A stretch of 64,000 bases of DNA, taken from Candidatus Kaiserbacteria bacterium. Its GTDB lineage: Bacteria; Patescibacteriota; Minisyncoccia; Phycocordibacterales; UBA2100. The notes below the pieces were generated by a model. The model was not told the origin of the DNA. It made no database searches and worked only from the letters and a program-made list of their open reading frames with translations. Within the stretch, counting starts at the first letter, position 1. Every line of letters begins with the position of its first letter. The position numbers and the translations under genes were made by a program. The stretch lies in contig CP066682.1 of NCBI GenBank assembly GCA_016432285.1, forward strand, positions 730,274 through 794,273. Direction: 5' to 3'. Positions 9,893 to 18,616 of the stretch are shown one piece after another.

Positions 9893-10303
9893 ATGCGGAA
9901 ACGCACCGAGATCCAGGTATTCGACGAAACTGCCAGCGAACTTGAGGAAGTGCTCCTGTCCGAGCGGGCCGGGGCCAACATCGTCTTCGATTCCGAGATG
10001 TTTTCTTCGTGCCTCACAAAAATGAGCACGCTGCGCAACGGCTTCAAGCCGACACGCAACGAATCCGGCATCAACCTGTTCGACGAAATCAGCGGCGCGA
10101 TCAAGCCGCTCTATACGGGCAGCGCTCCGTGGAGCGATGAGCTGAGACGCACGCTCTTCGACGCGCACATCGGCACGATCGACGAGTTCATGGAAGGAAG
10201 CGTGCCGGACAAGGACAAGCTTCGCGAGGCGGCGATGTTCTTGCGGTGCCTCATCACCGGCGTCGACAACTTCAAAAAGAAGTTGCTGTACCCGAAGGGG
10301 TAG
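9893..10303 (+). CDS. Hypothetical protein
   Basis: ATG with AAGGGGG upstream, protein-like composition, hairpin downstream. Confidence 0.6.
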   Translation: MRKRTEIQVFDETASELEEVLLSERAGANIVFDSEMFSSCLTKMSTLRNGFKPTRNESGINLFDEISGAIKPLYTGSAPWSDELRRTLFDAHIGTIDEFMEGSVPDKDKLREAAMFLRCLITGVDNFKKKLLYPKG

Positions 10304-10378
10304 CACCACTTATGGCGGCGGCGCGAGAAATCTCGTGCCGCCGTTTCGTTTTTTAAGATATTTGCTAGTATCGTTTCT

Positions 10379-11596
10379 ATGTCAGACAAGGACGCGCTCC
10401 CCGACCACCGACGCCTCGGGCAGGAACTCGACCTCTTCGTCTTTTCGGATCTCGTGGGAAGTGGTCTCCCGCTCTGGACTCCGCGTGGCACGCTCTTGAG
10501 AAATCTGCTCGACGACTACGTGTGGGAGATGCGCAAGGCCCGCGGGTACGAAAAAGTCGAGATCCCGCACATCACCAAGAAGGAGCTCTACGAAACGAGT
10601 GGCCACTGGGACAAATTTAAGGACGATCTCTTCCGCATCACGACCCGCGAGGGCCACGAGTTTGCGATGAAGCCGATGAACTGCCCGCATCACACGCAGA
10701 TCTACGCCCGGAGGCCGTGGAGTTACCGAGAGATTCCGCAGCGCTACGCCAACAGCACCATGTGCTACCGCGACGAACAGTCGGGAGAGCTGAACGGCCT
10801 CTCGCGCGTTCGTGCCTTTACCCAGGACGATGCGCACGTTTTCTGCCGCGAACCCCAAGCGAAAGAGGAGTTTCTCAAGATTTGGGACATCATTGAGGAG
10901 TTCTATGGAACATTTGGTTTCAATCTCAAGATCCGCCTCTCCCTTCATGATCCAAAGGAACCGGACAAATATCTGGGAGACAAGAAGCGCTGGACAGCGG
11001 CGGAGCGGACGCTTACGGACATTGCAAAGGAAAGAGGCGTCGAATCCTCAATGGGAGTGGGCGAGGCAGCCTTCTACGGACCGAAAGTCGACTTTATGGC
11101 GGAAGACAGTCTCGGGCGGGAGTGGCAGGTGGCGACGATCCAACTCGATCTCAACATGCCGGAGCGCTTCGATCTCACGTGTGTGAACGAAAAAGGCGAG
11201 AAAGAGCGGGTCGTGATGATCCACGCGGCGATCATGGGATCGATCGAGCGCTTCCTTTCGATACTGCTGGAGCACCTCGACGGCAAACTCCCCACGTGGC
11301 TCTCCCCGGTACAGGTAGCAGTGCTCCCAGTCTCAGAAAGACACGCCCCGTACGCAGCGCAAATCCTCGAAGGGCTGCAACAGGCCGGGATTCGCGCGGA
11401 AATCAACGCCGACGACCCGCTGGGCAAGCGCATCCGGGAATCTAAAGTAAAAAAGATCCCGTACACGATCGTCGTCGGCGACGAAGAAATGAGCGCGAAG
11501 ACCGCCACACTCGAAGGCCGTACCGGCAAACTGGGCGTTCTTCCGATCGCGGATATTGTTTCAAAACTGGAAGAAGAAATACGAAATCGAGCCTAA
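10379..11596 (+). CDS. thrS: Threonyl-tRNA synthetase (short form, no N-terminal TGS/editing domains)
   Basis: Starts at DHRRLGQELDLF; KPMNCP, RVRAFTQDDAH, GEAAFYGPK, IHAAIMGSIERF. Confidence 0.97.
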   Translation: MSDKDALPDHRRLGQELDLFVFSDLVGSGLPLWTPRGTLLRNLLDDYVWEMRKARGYEKVEIPHITKKELYETSGHWDKFKDDLFRITTREGHEFAMKPMNCPHHTQIYARRPWSYREIPQRYANSTMCYRDEQSGELNGLSRVRAFTQDDAHVFCREPQAKEEFLKIWDIIEEFYGTFGFNLKIRLSLHDPKEPDKYLGDKKRWTAAERTLTDIAKERGVESSMGVGEAAFYGPKVDFMAEDSLGREWQVATIQLDLNMPERFDLTCVNEKGEKERVVMIHAAIMGSIERFLSILLEHLDGKLPTWLSPVQVAVLPVSERHAPYAAQILEGLQQAGIRAEINADDPLGKRIRESKVKKIPYTIVVGDEEMSAKTATLEGRTGKLGVLPIADIVSKLEEEIRNRA

Positions 11597-11630
11597 ACAA
11601 AAACCCCGCCTAAAGGCGGGGTTTTTGTTT
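11595..11630. terminator. Bidirectional rho-independent terminator
   Basis: AAACAAAAACCCCGCC-TAAA-GGCGGGGTTTTTGTTT between convergent genes. Confidence 0.85.
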
Positions 11631-11654
11631 CTACTTTGGAGCGTTGGGGACGGC

Positions 11655-11674
11655 GGTCCGCCAGCTGGCGGATT
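11655..11674. repeat. Palindrome GGTCCGCCAGCTGGCGGATT ('PPAGG' element)
   Basis: 16-nt perfect palindrome at 11657-11672; second copy with one mismatch at 23905-23924 inside pheT. Confidence 0.75.
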
Positions 11675-13385
11675 AGCTGCGCGCGATCACGATGCGCGGA
11701 GCGGCGCCGTCTTCCGGGCGAACGAAGCTCATCGCGTCTTTCGGTGCTTCGACAAAGAAGCGGGGTGCCTCTTCGCGAACCGGGAGGTTTGCGAGGCTAG
11801 CCGAACGAGCGATTGCCGGAGCCACTTTCTTTCCAAAGAGTGCCGGAGCTGCGACGGAGCCCGAGGACTGTGCCACCGGGGAGCGCTTCGGAGTGGCGAC
11901 CGCGAGCTTCGGAAAACCGAGACCCATGTTCGGGATGTAGTAGAGCGCGAGGTAGGCGCCGGCTGCCGCGAAGACAAGGAGCGAGCCGTAGAAGGCAGCG
12001 TTGCCCAAAAGCCCTGCGTCGAATCCGGTGTACGGAATCTGCGAGAGCGAGACCGAGGGACCGGCGACGTTGACCGCGACGTTGCAGGTGCGCGTGCCGC
12101 CTTGGCCCTGCACCGTGAGCACGTAGTTGGTCGAGACGTTGGGGCGCACCGTCAGAGAGCCGTTCGGTGAGACGTTGCCGATGCCGTCGGAGAGCCACGC
12201 CGAGTACGCGCCGTAGCTGGTCCACGAGAGCACCGTCGCCTGACCGTTTTGGATGTACGACTGCGAGGTCGTGATGATGCAGTAGAGGCCCTGCTGCGGA
12301 TACACCGGCGTTTGCGGGTAGACCGGGTACTGCGGATAAACGTACTGCACCGGGTACTGGATCGGGGTCTGATAGACCGGCGTTACTGTCGAGACGTTGG
12401 TGTTGCAGCTGCCGCCTGTGCACGTGTTGGTGTTGATGTTCGTGTTGGTGTTCGTGTTGACGATGTTGGTGCTCGGCGTCGGGAAGTAGACCGGAGGCTG
12501 TGGCTGCGGACGCGGAGGCTGTGGATAGACCGGAGGATAGCTCGGCGGCTGCGGCCGGATGACCGGCGGAGTCGTGTAGCTCGGCGGATAGCTCACCGAA
12601 CGCGGAGCCGAGTAGCTCGGAGCCGAGACGCGGAACGGCGCTGCGGCGGAAGCGTACTGCGGGTTCGAGTAGTTCTGCATCGAGTACCGCGTACCGAATT
12701 CATCAACATAGGTGTCGTAGATGCCGTACTCACTGTAGAGACCGTAAATATCGTACGGAGAAGAGTCACCGAAAAGCGCGCCTGTTCCATCACCAAAGAG
12801 TGCGCCGGAACCATCGCCGAAGTACGGATTGGAGCCGTCGCCAAAGAGACTGCCGGCACCATCGCCGAAGTACGAGCCAAGGCCATCGCCGTAGAAGTTA
12901 CCGAGGCCATCACCGAAGTACGAACCGGAGCCGTCCCCGAAGTACGAACTGAGACCATCGCCAAAGTACGAGCCGGAGCCATCGCCGAAGTACGGATCGG
13001 ATCCGTCGCCAAAGAGAGAGCCTGAGCCATCGCCATAGTAATAGCCGGAGCCGTCGCCGTAGATTGAACCGGAGCCGTCATCGAAGTAGGCGCCCCCTCC
13101 GTCGCCGTAATAGTAGCTTGCGCCATCACCGTAGAGGTTGCCAGCACCGTCTCCAAAGTAGAAACCACTCCCGTCATCATAGACAGAGCCGCCGCCGTCG
13201 CCGTAGTAGTAGCTTGCGCCATCACCGTAGAGGTTGCCGACACCATCACCAAAGAAACTTCCAAGTTCGTCGCCGCCGTAGGTATCGGCCGCCTCAGCGA
13301 CGCCAAAACTGCCCGCAAAAACGAGTGCGAGAGCGATGAGCCCGCCAAGAAATACGTTTGCATTTACACTGGATGCGGTTTTCAT
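11673..13385 (-). CDS. Secreted octapeptide-repeat (xxGDGxGx) surface protein with IPYTG-TM sorting-like motif
   Basis: Signal peptide, about 21 octapeptide repeats, Pro/Tyr-rich linker, Ig-like segment, SLSQIPYTG followed by a TM helix. Confidence 0.75.
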   Translation of the reverse strand: MKTASSVNANVFLGGLIALALVFAGSFGVAEAADTYGGDELGSFFGDGVGNLYGDGASYYYGDGGGSVYDDGSGFYFGDGAGNLYGDGASYYYGDGGGAYFDDGSGSIYGDGSGYYYGDGSGSLFGDGSDPYFGDGSGSYFGDGLSSYFGDGSGSYFGDGLGNFYGDGLGSYFGDGAGSLFGDGSNPYFGDGSGALFGDGTGALFGDSSPYDIYGLYSEYGIYDTYVDEFGTRYSMQNYSNPQYASAAAPFRVSAPSYSAPRSVSYPPSYTTPPVIRPQPPSYPPVYPQPPRPQPQPPVYFPTPSTNIVNTNTNTNINTNTCTGGSCNTNVSTVTPVYQTPIQYPVQYVYPQYPVYPQTPVYPQQGLYCIITTSQSYIQNGQATVLSWTSYGAYSAWLSDGIGNVSPNGSLTVRPNVSTNYVLTVQGQGGTRTCNVAVNVAGPSVSLSQIPYTGFDAGLLGNAAFYGSLLVFAAAGAYLALYYIPNMGLGFPKLAVATPKRSPVAQSSGSVAAPALFGKKVAPAIARSASLANLPVREEAPRFFVEAPKDAMSFVRPEDGAAPRIVIARS

Positions 13386-13443
13386 AATTATGTATGACGA
13401 CGTTTGCTAATTGCTTCAAACTACTACGACTTGTAATGCAGCT

Positions 13444-13472
13444 ATTATATAACCCAAAAAAGGGTATGTCAA
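13444..13472 (-). promoter_or_regulatory. Consensus sigma70 promoter of the GDG-repeat gene
   Basis: TTGACA-N17-TATAAT on the minus strand, about 60 nt before the ATG. Confidence 0.8.
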
Positions 13473-13537
13473 GTCCGAAGAATTGGCTGCGAGGCGCGCT
13501 GTTGGCGGGCCTCGCAACCGAAAACGCTCGATCTGGA

Positions 13538-14038
13538 TCAGGGTTTTTTGAGGATGACGATCCACTCACCTTTTTCGATCGTCCACTCCCCTTTGTACGC
13601 CACGCCCGCGATGAGCGCCCGCATCGAGGATCGCTTCGTCGCGACATCGGCCGGCACGGTGAGCATCGTTTCGAGCCACACGTACCGAGTGCCGTTTTTC
13701 ACGTACTCGGCGCGAAGCGCTTCGACGGTGTACTGGGCGGTCCCTTTTTTTGCCGCACGATCCGAACAGACGTAGATCTGCTTGATCCAGAGATTCTGAT
13801 CGGCTCTCGCGCGGGTGGGTTCGTCCATCTCAACGATGAGCGGGTATGTGAGCGGACGCTTCGCGTCCGGGTACGCACTCCAGTCGTAGAGCAATACGAC
13901 GCGCACGACCGACCAGCCGGGCGTGTTCGCTCTGATGAGCGTCTTGTGTGTGATCTTGATTTGATCACACGCCGCCTTACTTTCGGCGACTCCGATGAGG
14001 AGAGCCAAAAGAAGGATAAACATCCTGACAATGAACAT
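13538..14038 (-). CDS. Hypothetical secreted protein
   Basis: AAGGAAGGA SD before ATG 14038; signal peptide ending ESKA. Confidence 0.65.
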   Translation of the reverse strand: MFIVRMFILLLALLIGVAESKAACDQIKITHKTLIRANTPGWSVVRVVLLYDWSAYPDAKRPLTYPLIVEMDEPTRARADQNLWIKQIYVCSDRAAKKGTAQYTVEALRAEYVKNGTRYVWLETMLTVPADVATKRSSMRALIAGVAYKGEWTIEKGEWIVILKKP

Positions 14039-14205
14039 CGTTCCTTCCTTTCTGCCCTCGTTCGTGAGAGCTCGACTGCACTTCGAGAAAAGTGCACGCG
14101 AGCGTTCGCGATAAACAGAGGCGCGCGAGGAGTGGTCGAAACCAACTCCTCGCGCGATCCTCAGACTCAATAGCCCTTGCTCGCGCTCGGGCTGCGGACG
14201 AGGCT

Positions 14206-14574
14206 TTACTTACGCTTCGGCCAGCCTTTGACGTTCGCCGCATCGCCGCCCGAGACCTTGGCCGGAGACAGCGCAGCGTACGTGTAGCGCAAGGGGCAGT
14301 CGGCAGCGAGCGCGACTTCCACCTTGTAGCCGATCGGCGCCTCGATGACCTTTTCGTCCGGCATGATCCATTCGGTCGGGCTCTTCTGCTTGGCCGCGAC
14401 CGGATCGCGCCAGGCGACCTGCGAGTTCGGGATCTGGAAGTTGCCGTCCTGCCCGACATTCAGCAGTTGCTGATTGGGACAGGCTTTCAGCGGGACCTCC
14501 TTGGTCTGCGCAAACGCAGACGTCGAGAGGGCGAGAACAGCCGCCGAGGCGGCAAGAGTGAAGAACTTGGTCAT
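14206..14574 (-). CDS. Hypothetical secreted protein
   Basis: AGGAG SD; signal peptide MTKFFTLAASAAVLALSTSAFA. Confidence 0.7.
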   Translation of the reverse strand: MTKFFTLAASAAVLALSTSAFAQTKEVPLKACPNQQLLNVGQDGNFQIPNSQVAWRDPVAAKQKSPTEWIMPDEKVIEAPIGYKVEVALAADCPLRYTYAALSPAKVSGGDAANVKGWPKRK

Positions 14575-14780
14575 AGGAGTCTCCTGATACCCCTCGCAGT
14601 TGTTGAAGTTTGCGAGGGTTATATGCGCACCAAAATCGCGCGCAGGTAACCCTCGCAAATCGAGTCTGAGTTTAGTGAAAGAGCACGGGCTTGCGGGCCC
14701 TGCTCTGGCGCCCCGGACAGGAGGCTACAGAGCCGGGCAAACAATACAGAAAACGTGGAGAGATTTCAGCTTCGAGTGCC

Positions 14781-14808
14781 ATTATAGCACCTCTGGAGCG
14801 ATTGTCAA
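14781..14808 (-). promoter_or_regulatory. Consensus sigma70 promoter with extended -10
   Basis: TTGACA-N16-TATAAT with TGn, about 200 nt before ATG 14574. Confidence 0.7.
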
Positions 14809-14904
14809 GTCCCCTATTCGCCTTTAGGTAAGCCACGAAAAAGGATCCCGCGGCGGTGCTGAGTGCCGCCGCGGGTCGAAAGAACACTTCGGAACCTCAT
14901 CCTC

Positions 14905-15936
14905 TCAGTTGCAGACGCCCATGTTATTGGGGGCGATGCTGCAACCTTCCCGTGATGGCGGCTGAGGCTGTTGCACCGGAGCGGGCGGAGCAGGAGGCTG
15001 GATTACCGGCGATTGGACTGCCGGTGCTACGGGCGGAGGAGCTTCTTCCGACGGCTTGACTACCGGAGGCGAAGTCGGTTGCTCGAGCACAGGTGGCTTC
15101 TGCACAGGAACTTGCGGCTCCGGTGCAAGCTGCGTAGGCTTTTCCGTCTTGACCATTGGTGGTGCCGGTTGATCCGGCTTCACCTCCGCAGGCTTCTCCA
15201 CCGGTGCCGGTGGCAACACGGCCGGCTTCTCGATGGGAGCCGGAACAGGATCGGGCGGACCCTTCTCCCCCGCCCGCTCGGCCGGAGGCATCTGTACGTC
15301 CACCCCCGGCAGCTTGAGGCTCTTGAGGTGCGTCGCGACACGCTCCTTCACGAGATCGACGTCGGCGCGCTTGAACTCAATCACGCCAGTGCCGAGAAAG
15401 ACCGCGAGCACGAGCAGCACACCGACAACGGCACCCAGAAACATTTTGAGCGTGCTGCCGGTCGGCATATCGAGCGCCTCCGGCGAATTCGCCGGAGCCG
15501 TACCCCACCCCGCTCTCGCGGCGATACGCTTCAAGGTGTGCAACTGGTTGAAGCCGAGATCCCAGATGACCCACGCCGCAATCAGGCTGATCAGGATTTG
15601 ATCGTGCATCAGCGCCCAGAGATTGCTCCATGGAATCGGGTTTTCCCCAATGTATTTATTCCATGTCGGCAGCACGCGGTACGCCGCGTACAGCGATCCG
15701 CCGAGATCCGCGAGCCAGAACCACCAGTTGGCGGGTGCGAGCCGCGCGGAGAGGCGGTTGAAGTAGACGGCCGCGCCGAGTGCCACCCAACCGAGAATAT
15801 CGAGTGCGACCATACCGAGAATCGGAAGATCGATGATCGTCTTCTTCTCGATGAAGTAGATGGGCGTGATGTAGCCGATCACGTAGCTCGTGAAAATTGC
15901 GAGCGAAAGCAGCGCGAGTCCAAAGATGTAACGCAT
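14905..15936 (-). CDS. Multi-TM membrane protein with Pro-rich C-terminal tail
   Basis: AAGGA SD before ATG 15936; about 5 TM segments, then a PAP/EKP-rich tail ending in a Cys pair. Confidence 0.7.
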   Translation of the reverse strand: MRYIFGLALLSLAIFTSYVIGYITPIYFIEKKTIIDLPILGMVALDILGWVALGAAVYFNRLSARLAPANWWFWLADLGGSLYAAYRVLPTWNKYIGENPIPWSNLWALMHDQILISLIAAWVIWDLGFNQLHTLKRIAARAGWGTAPANSPEALDMPTGSTLKMFLGAVVGVLLVLAVFLGTGVIEFKRADVDLVKERVATHLKSLKLPGVDVQMPPAERAGEKGPPDPVPAPIEKPAVLPPAPVEKPAEVKPDQPAPPMVKTEKPTQLAPEPQVPVQKPPVLEQPTSPPVVKPSEEAPPPVAPAVQSPVIQPPAPPAPVQQPQPPSREGCSIAPNNMGVCN

Positions 15937-16098
15937 GGCGTTGTCCTTTCCACGATGAGAGGAGGGTTTGATTTCAGAGCCTGGAGACTGCCCCAGGAGC
16001 CGGGTACAGCAGTACGTCAAAATCGCTTACGCGTCAATGAAAAGAAGACCGGCGGCAACGAGGGTTGCCGCCGGCTATTTTGAGCCTCGTCAGCGTTT

Positions 16099-16647
16099 TC
16101 AACTGACTCTGTCGGAAGAGATCTCGTCGGTCAGCCGTGCGAAGCGGAAAGCGACCCACTGGAGGATCACAACGTCGAACTGCACGGTCCACCAGCCGAT
16201 GAAGATCACGAGAACCTGCTCCCACGTGAACCACGCAAGCGGGTTATACGCGCGGGAATCCCACTGCCACGGCCACCACGAGCGCGCGATGCCGAAGAGC
16301 AGAACGTAGGTGGCGATCTTCAGCGCCACCACGAGGTAGAGCGAGATCTTCGGCATGTAGGAGCGCCGTTGGTCGGCGATTGCCGCCGTTTCCCTGCCCG
16401 GGGGCCGGAAAAAGATCGGCAACGACTGCGCAAAGAGGTATCCGATCGAACCAAGCGCGAACGCGTACACGCACAGCCGGAAAATAAGGCCAGTTGTGCT
16501 GTTGTGGTCGATGGCCGCCGCCGGAACGACAAGCAGGATGACGAGGGCGATCGTGTAGATCACGATCGAACGCGTGCAAATACCCTCCCAGTTCTTGTTG
16601 GCCGCCCAGCTGTGCTGAGCGAGGAATTCGTGCGCCGGAGTTGGCAT
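16099..16647 (-). CDS. Hypothetical membrane protein (about 4 TM)
   Basis: GGAG SD before ATG 16647; hydrophobic segments. Confidence 0.65.
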   Translation of the reverse strand: MPTPAHEFLAQHSWAANKNWEGICTRSIVIYTIALVILLVVPAAAIDHNSTTGLIFRLCVYAFALGSIGYLFAQSLPIFFRPPGRETAAIADQRRSYMPKISLYLVVALKIATYVLLFGIARSWWPWQWDSRAYNPLAWFTWEQVLVIFIGWWTVQFDVVILQWVAFRFARLTDEISSDRVS

Positions 16648-16794
16648 GATGATTCTCCACTTTGTCGATCCCCACGGATCGATCCAGAAAGATACAACCA
16701 CTAAAAGGTCGGGGTGTCAAAAGAAAACAGCGCGCGGGTCCAGAAGGATCTCCGCGCGCCGTGTTGATGGATGCTCGCCGCATTCGGTAGCGAA

Positions 16795-17175
16795 TCAGTA
16801 TCCGCCGGGACGCATCAGCAGCGGGGGCCGTCCGTCGAGAGGCTGTAGCACGAATCCCTCGAACTGGAGATAGGTGCCCGTCCGCCTGCTGCGCGCCCAC
16901 GCTTCGTAGGTTTCGATGGAACCCCCGCCGTTGTTTCCGTATCCGTTATGGTACGGATCGCGGTAACCGCCGCCGTATTGCGGCTGGTAGCCGCCGTACG
17001 ATTTACCGGGATAACCCCGGCGACCATACGGTGCCGGAGGCGGCGGATACGGTGAATGATCGGGTCCGCAGACGCCTCCCTGGTATGGGGAGCACGGGTG
17101 GCGGGCTTCCGCTGCCGACGGCAGCGCGAGCGCGAAACCCACCGCCACAATGGCGATGCCAAAGATCTTCTGCAT
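16795..17175 (-). CDS. Secreted Gly/Tyr/Pro-rich protein
   Basis: Signal peptide ending AEA, Cys pair, GY/PY-rich low-complexity core. Confidence 0.7.
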   Translation of the reverse strand: MQKIFGIAIVAVGFALALPSAAEARHPCSPYQGGVCGPDHSPYPPPPAPYGRRGYPGKSYGGYQPQYGGGYRDPYHNGYGNNGGGSIETYEAWARSRRTGTYLQFEGFVLQPLDGRPPLLMRPGGY

Positions 17176-17300
17176 TTCTCTATTCCTTTCTCCGGATTTC
17201 AGGAACGCCCTCTCAAAATCGTTCGATCTTGCGAGAGCCCGCCACTTCGCAATCGCGCAAAGCGAAGTGGCGGGCGCTTACAAGCCCGGCTCAAAGAGCG

Positions 17301-17771
17301 TTAGCGGCCGACCGGCACCGCGTAGCCGATGTCGATCGGACGGCCGATTTCGACAGCGTACCCGAGATCGATCGCGTGTCCGATTTCCACGCCGTACCCG
17401 ATCGTGATTGGACGACCCACGTTGACGCCATAACCAATCGGCACCGCGTATCCCAAGGTGATCGGACGGCCCACCGGCACGGGGTAGCCGAGCGTAATCG
17501 GACGGCCCGTCGGCACTGGATAGCCGGTCGGTACGGGAGAGCCCGTCGGATACGGGCGCCCGACGGAGGCGGGCGAGCCGGTGTAGCCGGGAGAGCCGTA
17601 TGAGCTCGGCGAAGCGTACGCCGACGGATATGCGTAGCCCGCGGAATAAGCGTAGGCAGAAGGGTACGCGTACGCGGAGTCGTACGAAGCGTACGACGGA
17701 TACGCCTGCGCGCTCGCGCTCCCGATGCTGACGGCAAAGAAAGCGATTGTGATGAGAAGAATTTTTTTCAT
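17301..17771 (-). CDS. Secreted hexapeptide-repeat protein (AYPS then G[RY]P[VI]x[VIL] units)
   Basis: Signal peptide MKKILL...ASA; the mature part is almost all repeats; starts 2 nt after the sortase stop. Confidence 0.75.
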   Translation of the reverse strand: MKKILLITIAFFAVSIGSASAQAYPSYASYDSAYAYPSAYAYSAGYAYPSAYASPSSYGSPGYTGSPASVGRPYPTGSPVPTGYPVPTGRPITLGYPVPVGRPITLGYAVPIGYGVNVGRPITIGYGVEIGHAIDLGYAVEIGRPIDIGYAVPVGR

Positions 17772-17773
17772 AG

Positions 17774-18436
17774 TTAGATTTCCGCCACGAAGTCGGCAGT
17801 CAGGACGAAGCGCGCCGTCTCACCCGTCAGCGTGTCGCACGTAACGAGCGTGAGGCGCCTCCCCTCTTTTGCGAGACTGATCACAGAGGTTGGATCCTCC
17901 ACATCCATGCGCTCCACCGAGACGACGCTGTAGAGATACTCTCGCCCGTCGCCCGAGACGCGGATTGAATCGCCCGCCTCGAGCTCCGAGATGCGGTTGA
18001 AGGCTTTGTACATTTGGTTGCGCACGACGGCGACACGCGAAGAGTGCCCGAAGATGAGCACGTTGCCGCTCTCTCCGAGAAGCGCCGAGTCCACGTAGCG
18101 GATCGGACCCGCTTTGAGGTTGTCGTACAGGACCTCAATGTCGCGGCTCTCGATGTTCTGCACGGGCAGATCAAGGTCGATCTCGGGGATCACGATCCGC
18201 TCCGGCTTCACTCCCGGCACCGGTGCCTCCTTTTGCGCGAGAATCGAAAGCGGCCCGAGCTGCGGCAGCTCCGAGAGCGTTACGCTCGCGCTGGAGCAGG
18301 TGTCGTCGATGTAGCACGGCACGAAGCCGACCGATTCGGCGGCCGAGAGCGACAAAAAGAAAATGACGATCGTCGCCGCGAGGAACGCCGCTTTAGGCGG
18401 CTTCTGAGCCGAGGAATTGCGCGATATTTCGTTCAT
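17774..18436 (-). CDS. Sortase family transpeptidase
   Basis: N-terminal TM, GNVLIFGHS (His), LTLVTC (Cys), downstream Arg. Promoter TTGACA-N17-TATTAT at 18447-18475 argues for a start at 18436 or 18442. Confidence 0.88.
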   Translation of the reverse strand: MNEISRNSSAQKPPKAAFLAATIVIFFLSLSAAESVGFVPCYIDDTCSSASVTLSELPQLGPLSILAQKEAPVPGVKPERIVIPEIDLDLPVQNIESRDIEVLYDNLKAGPIRYVDSALLGESGNVLIFGHSSRVAVVRNQMYKAFNRISELEAGDSIRVSGDGREYLYSVVSVERMDVEDPTSVISLAKEGRRLTLVTCDTLTGETARFVLTADFVAEI

Positions 18437-18616
18437 ACACATTGCAATAATACCCCGTGAATGCCCATCTGTCAAGATCTCTTTGTCGGAATCGTCGCCT
18501 CTTTACACACAGGGCCTTGCCCAGAGGACTGTCCTCTGGGGTTTTCCGCTTTGGGGTATTTAAATGGAACCGAGAGGCTTGACAAAGCAAAAATATGTAG
18601 TAGTATGGCGCCACCT

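Noticed and set aside
12760-13256. CRISPR or non-coding 24-nt tandem repeat
   Set aside because: Variation is at codon third positions and the repeat is conserved as peptide, so it is a coding repeat.
13473-17300. Integron cassette array
   Set aside because: I found no RYYYAAC...GTTRRRY attC boundaries and no integrase. The hairpins are unrelated in sequence, and the genes have their own promoters.
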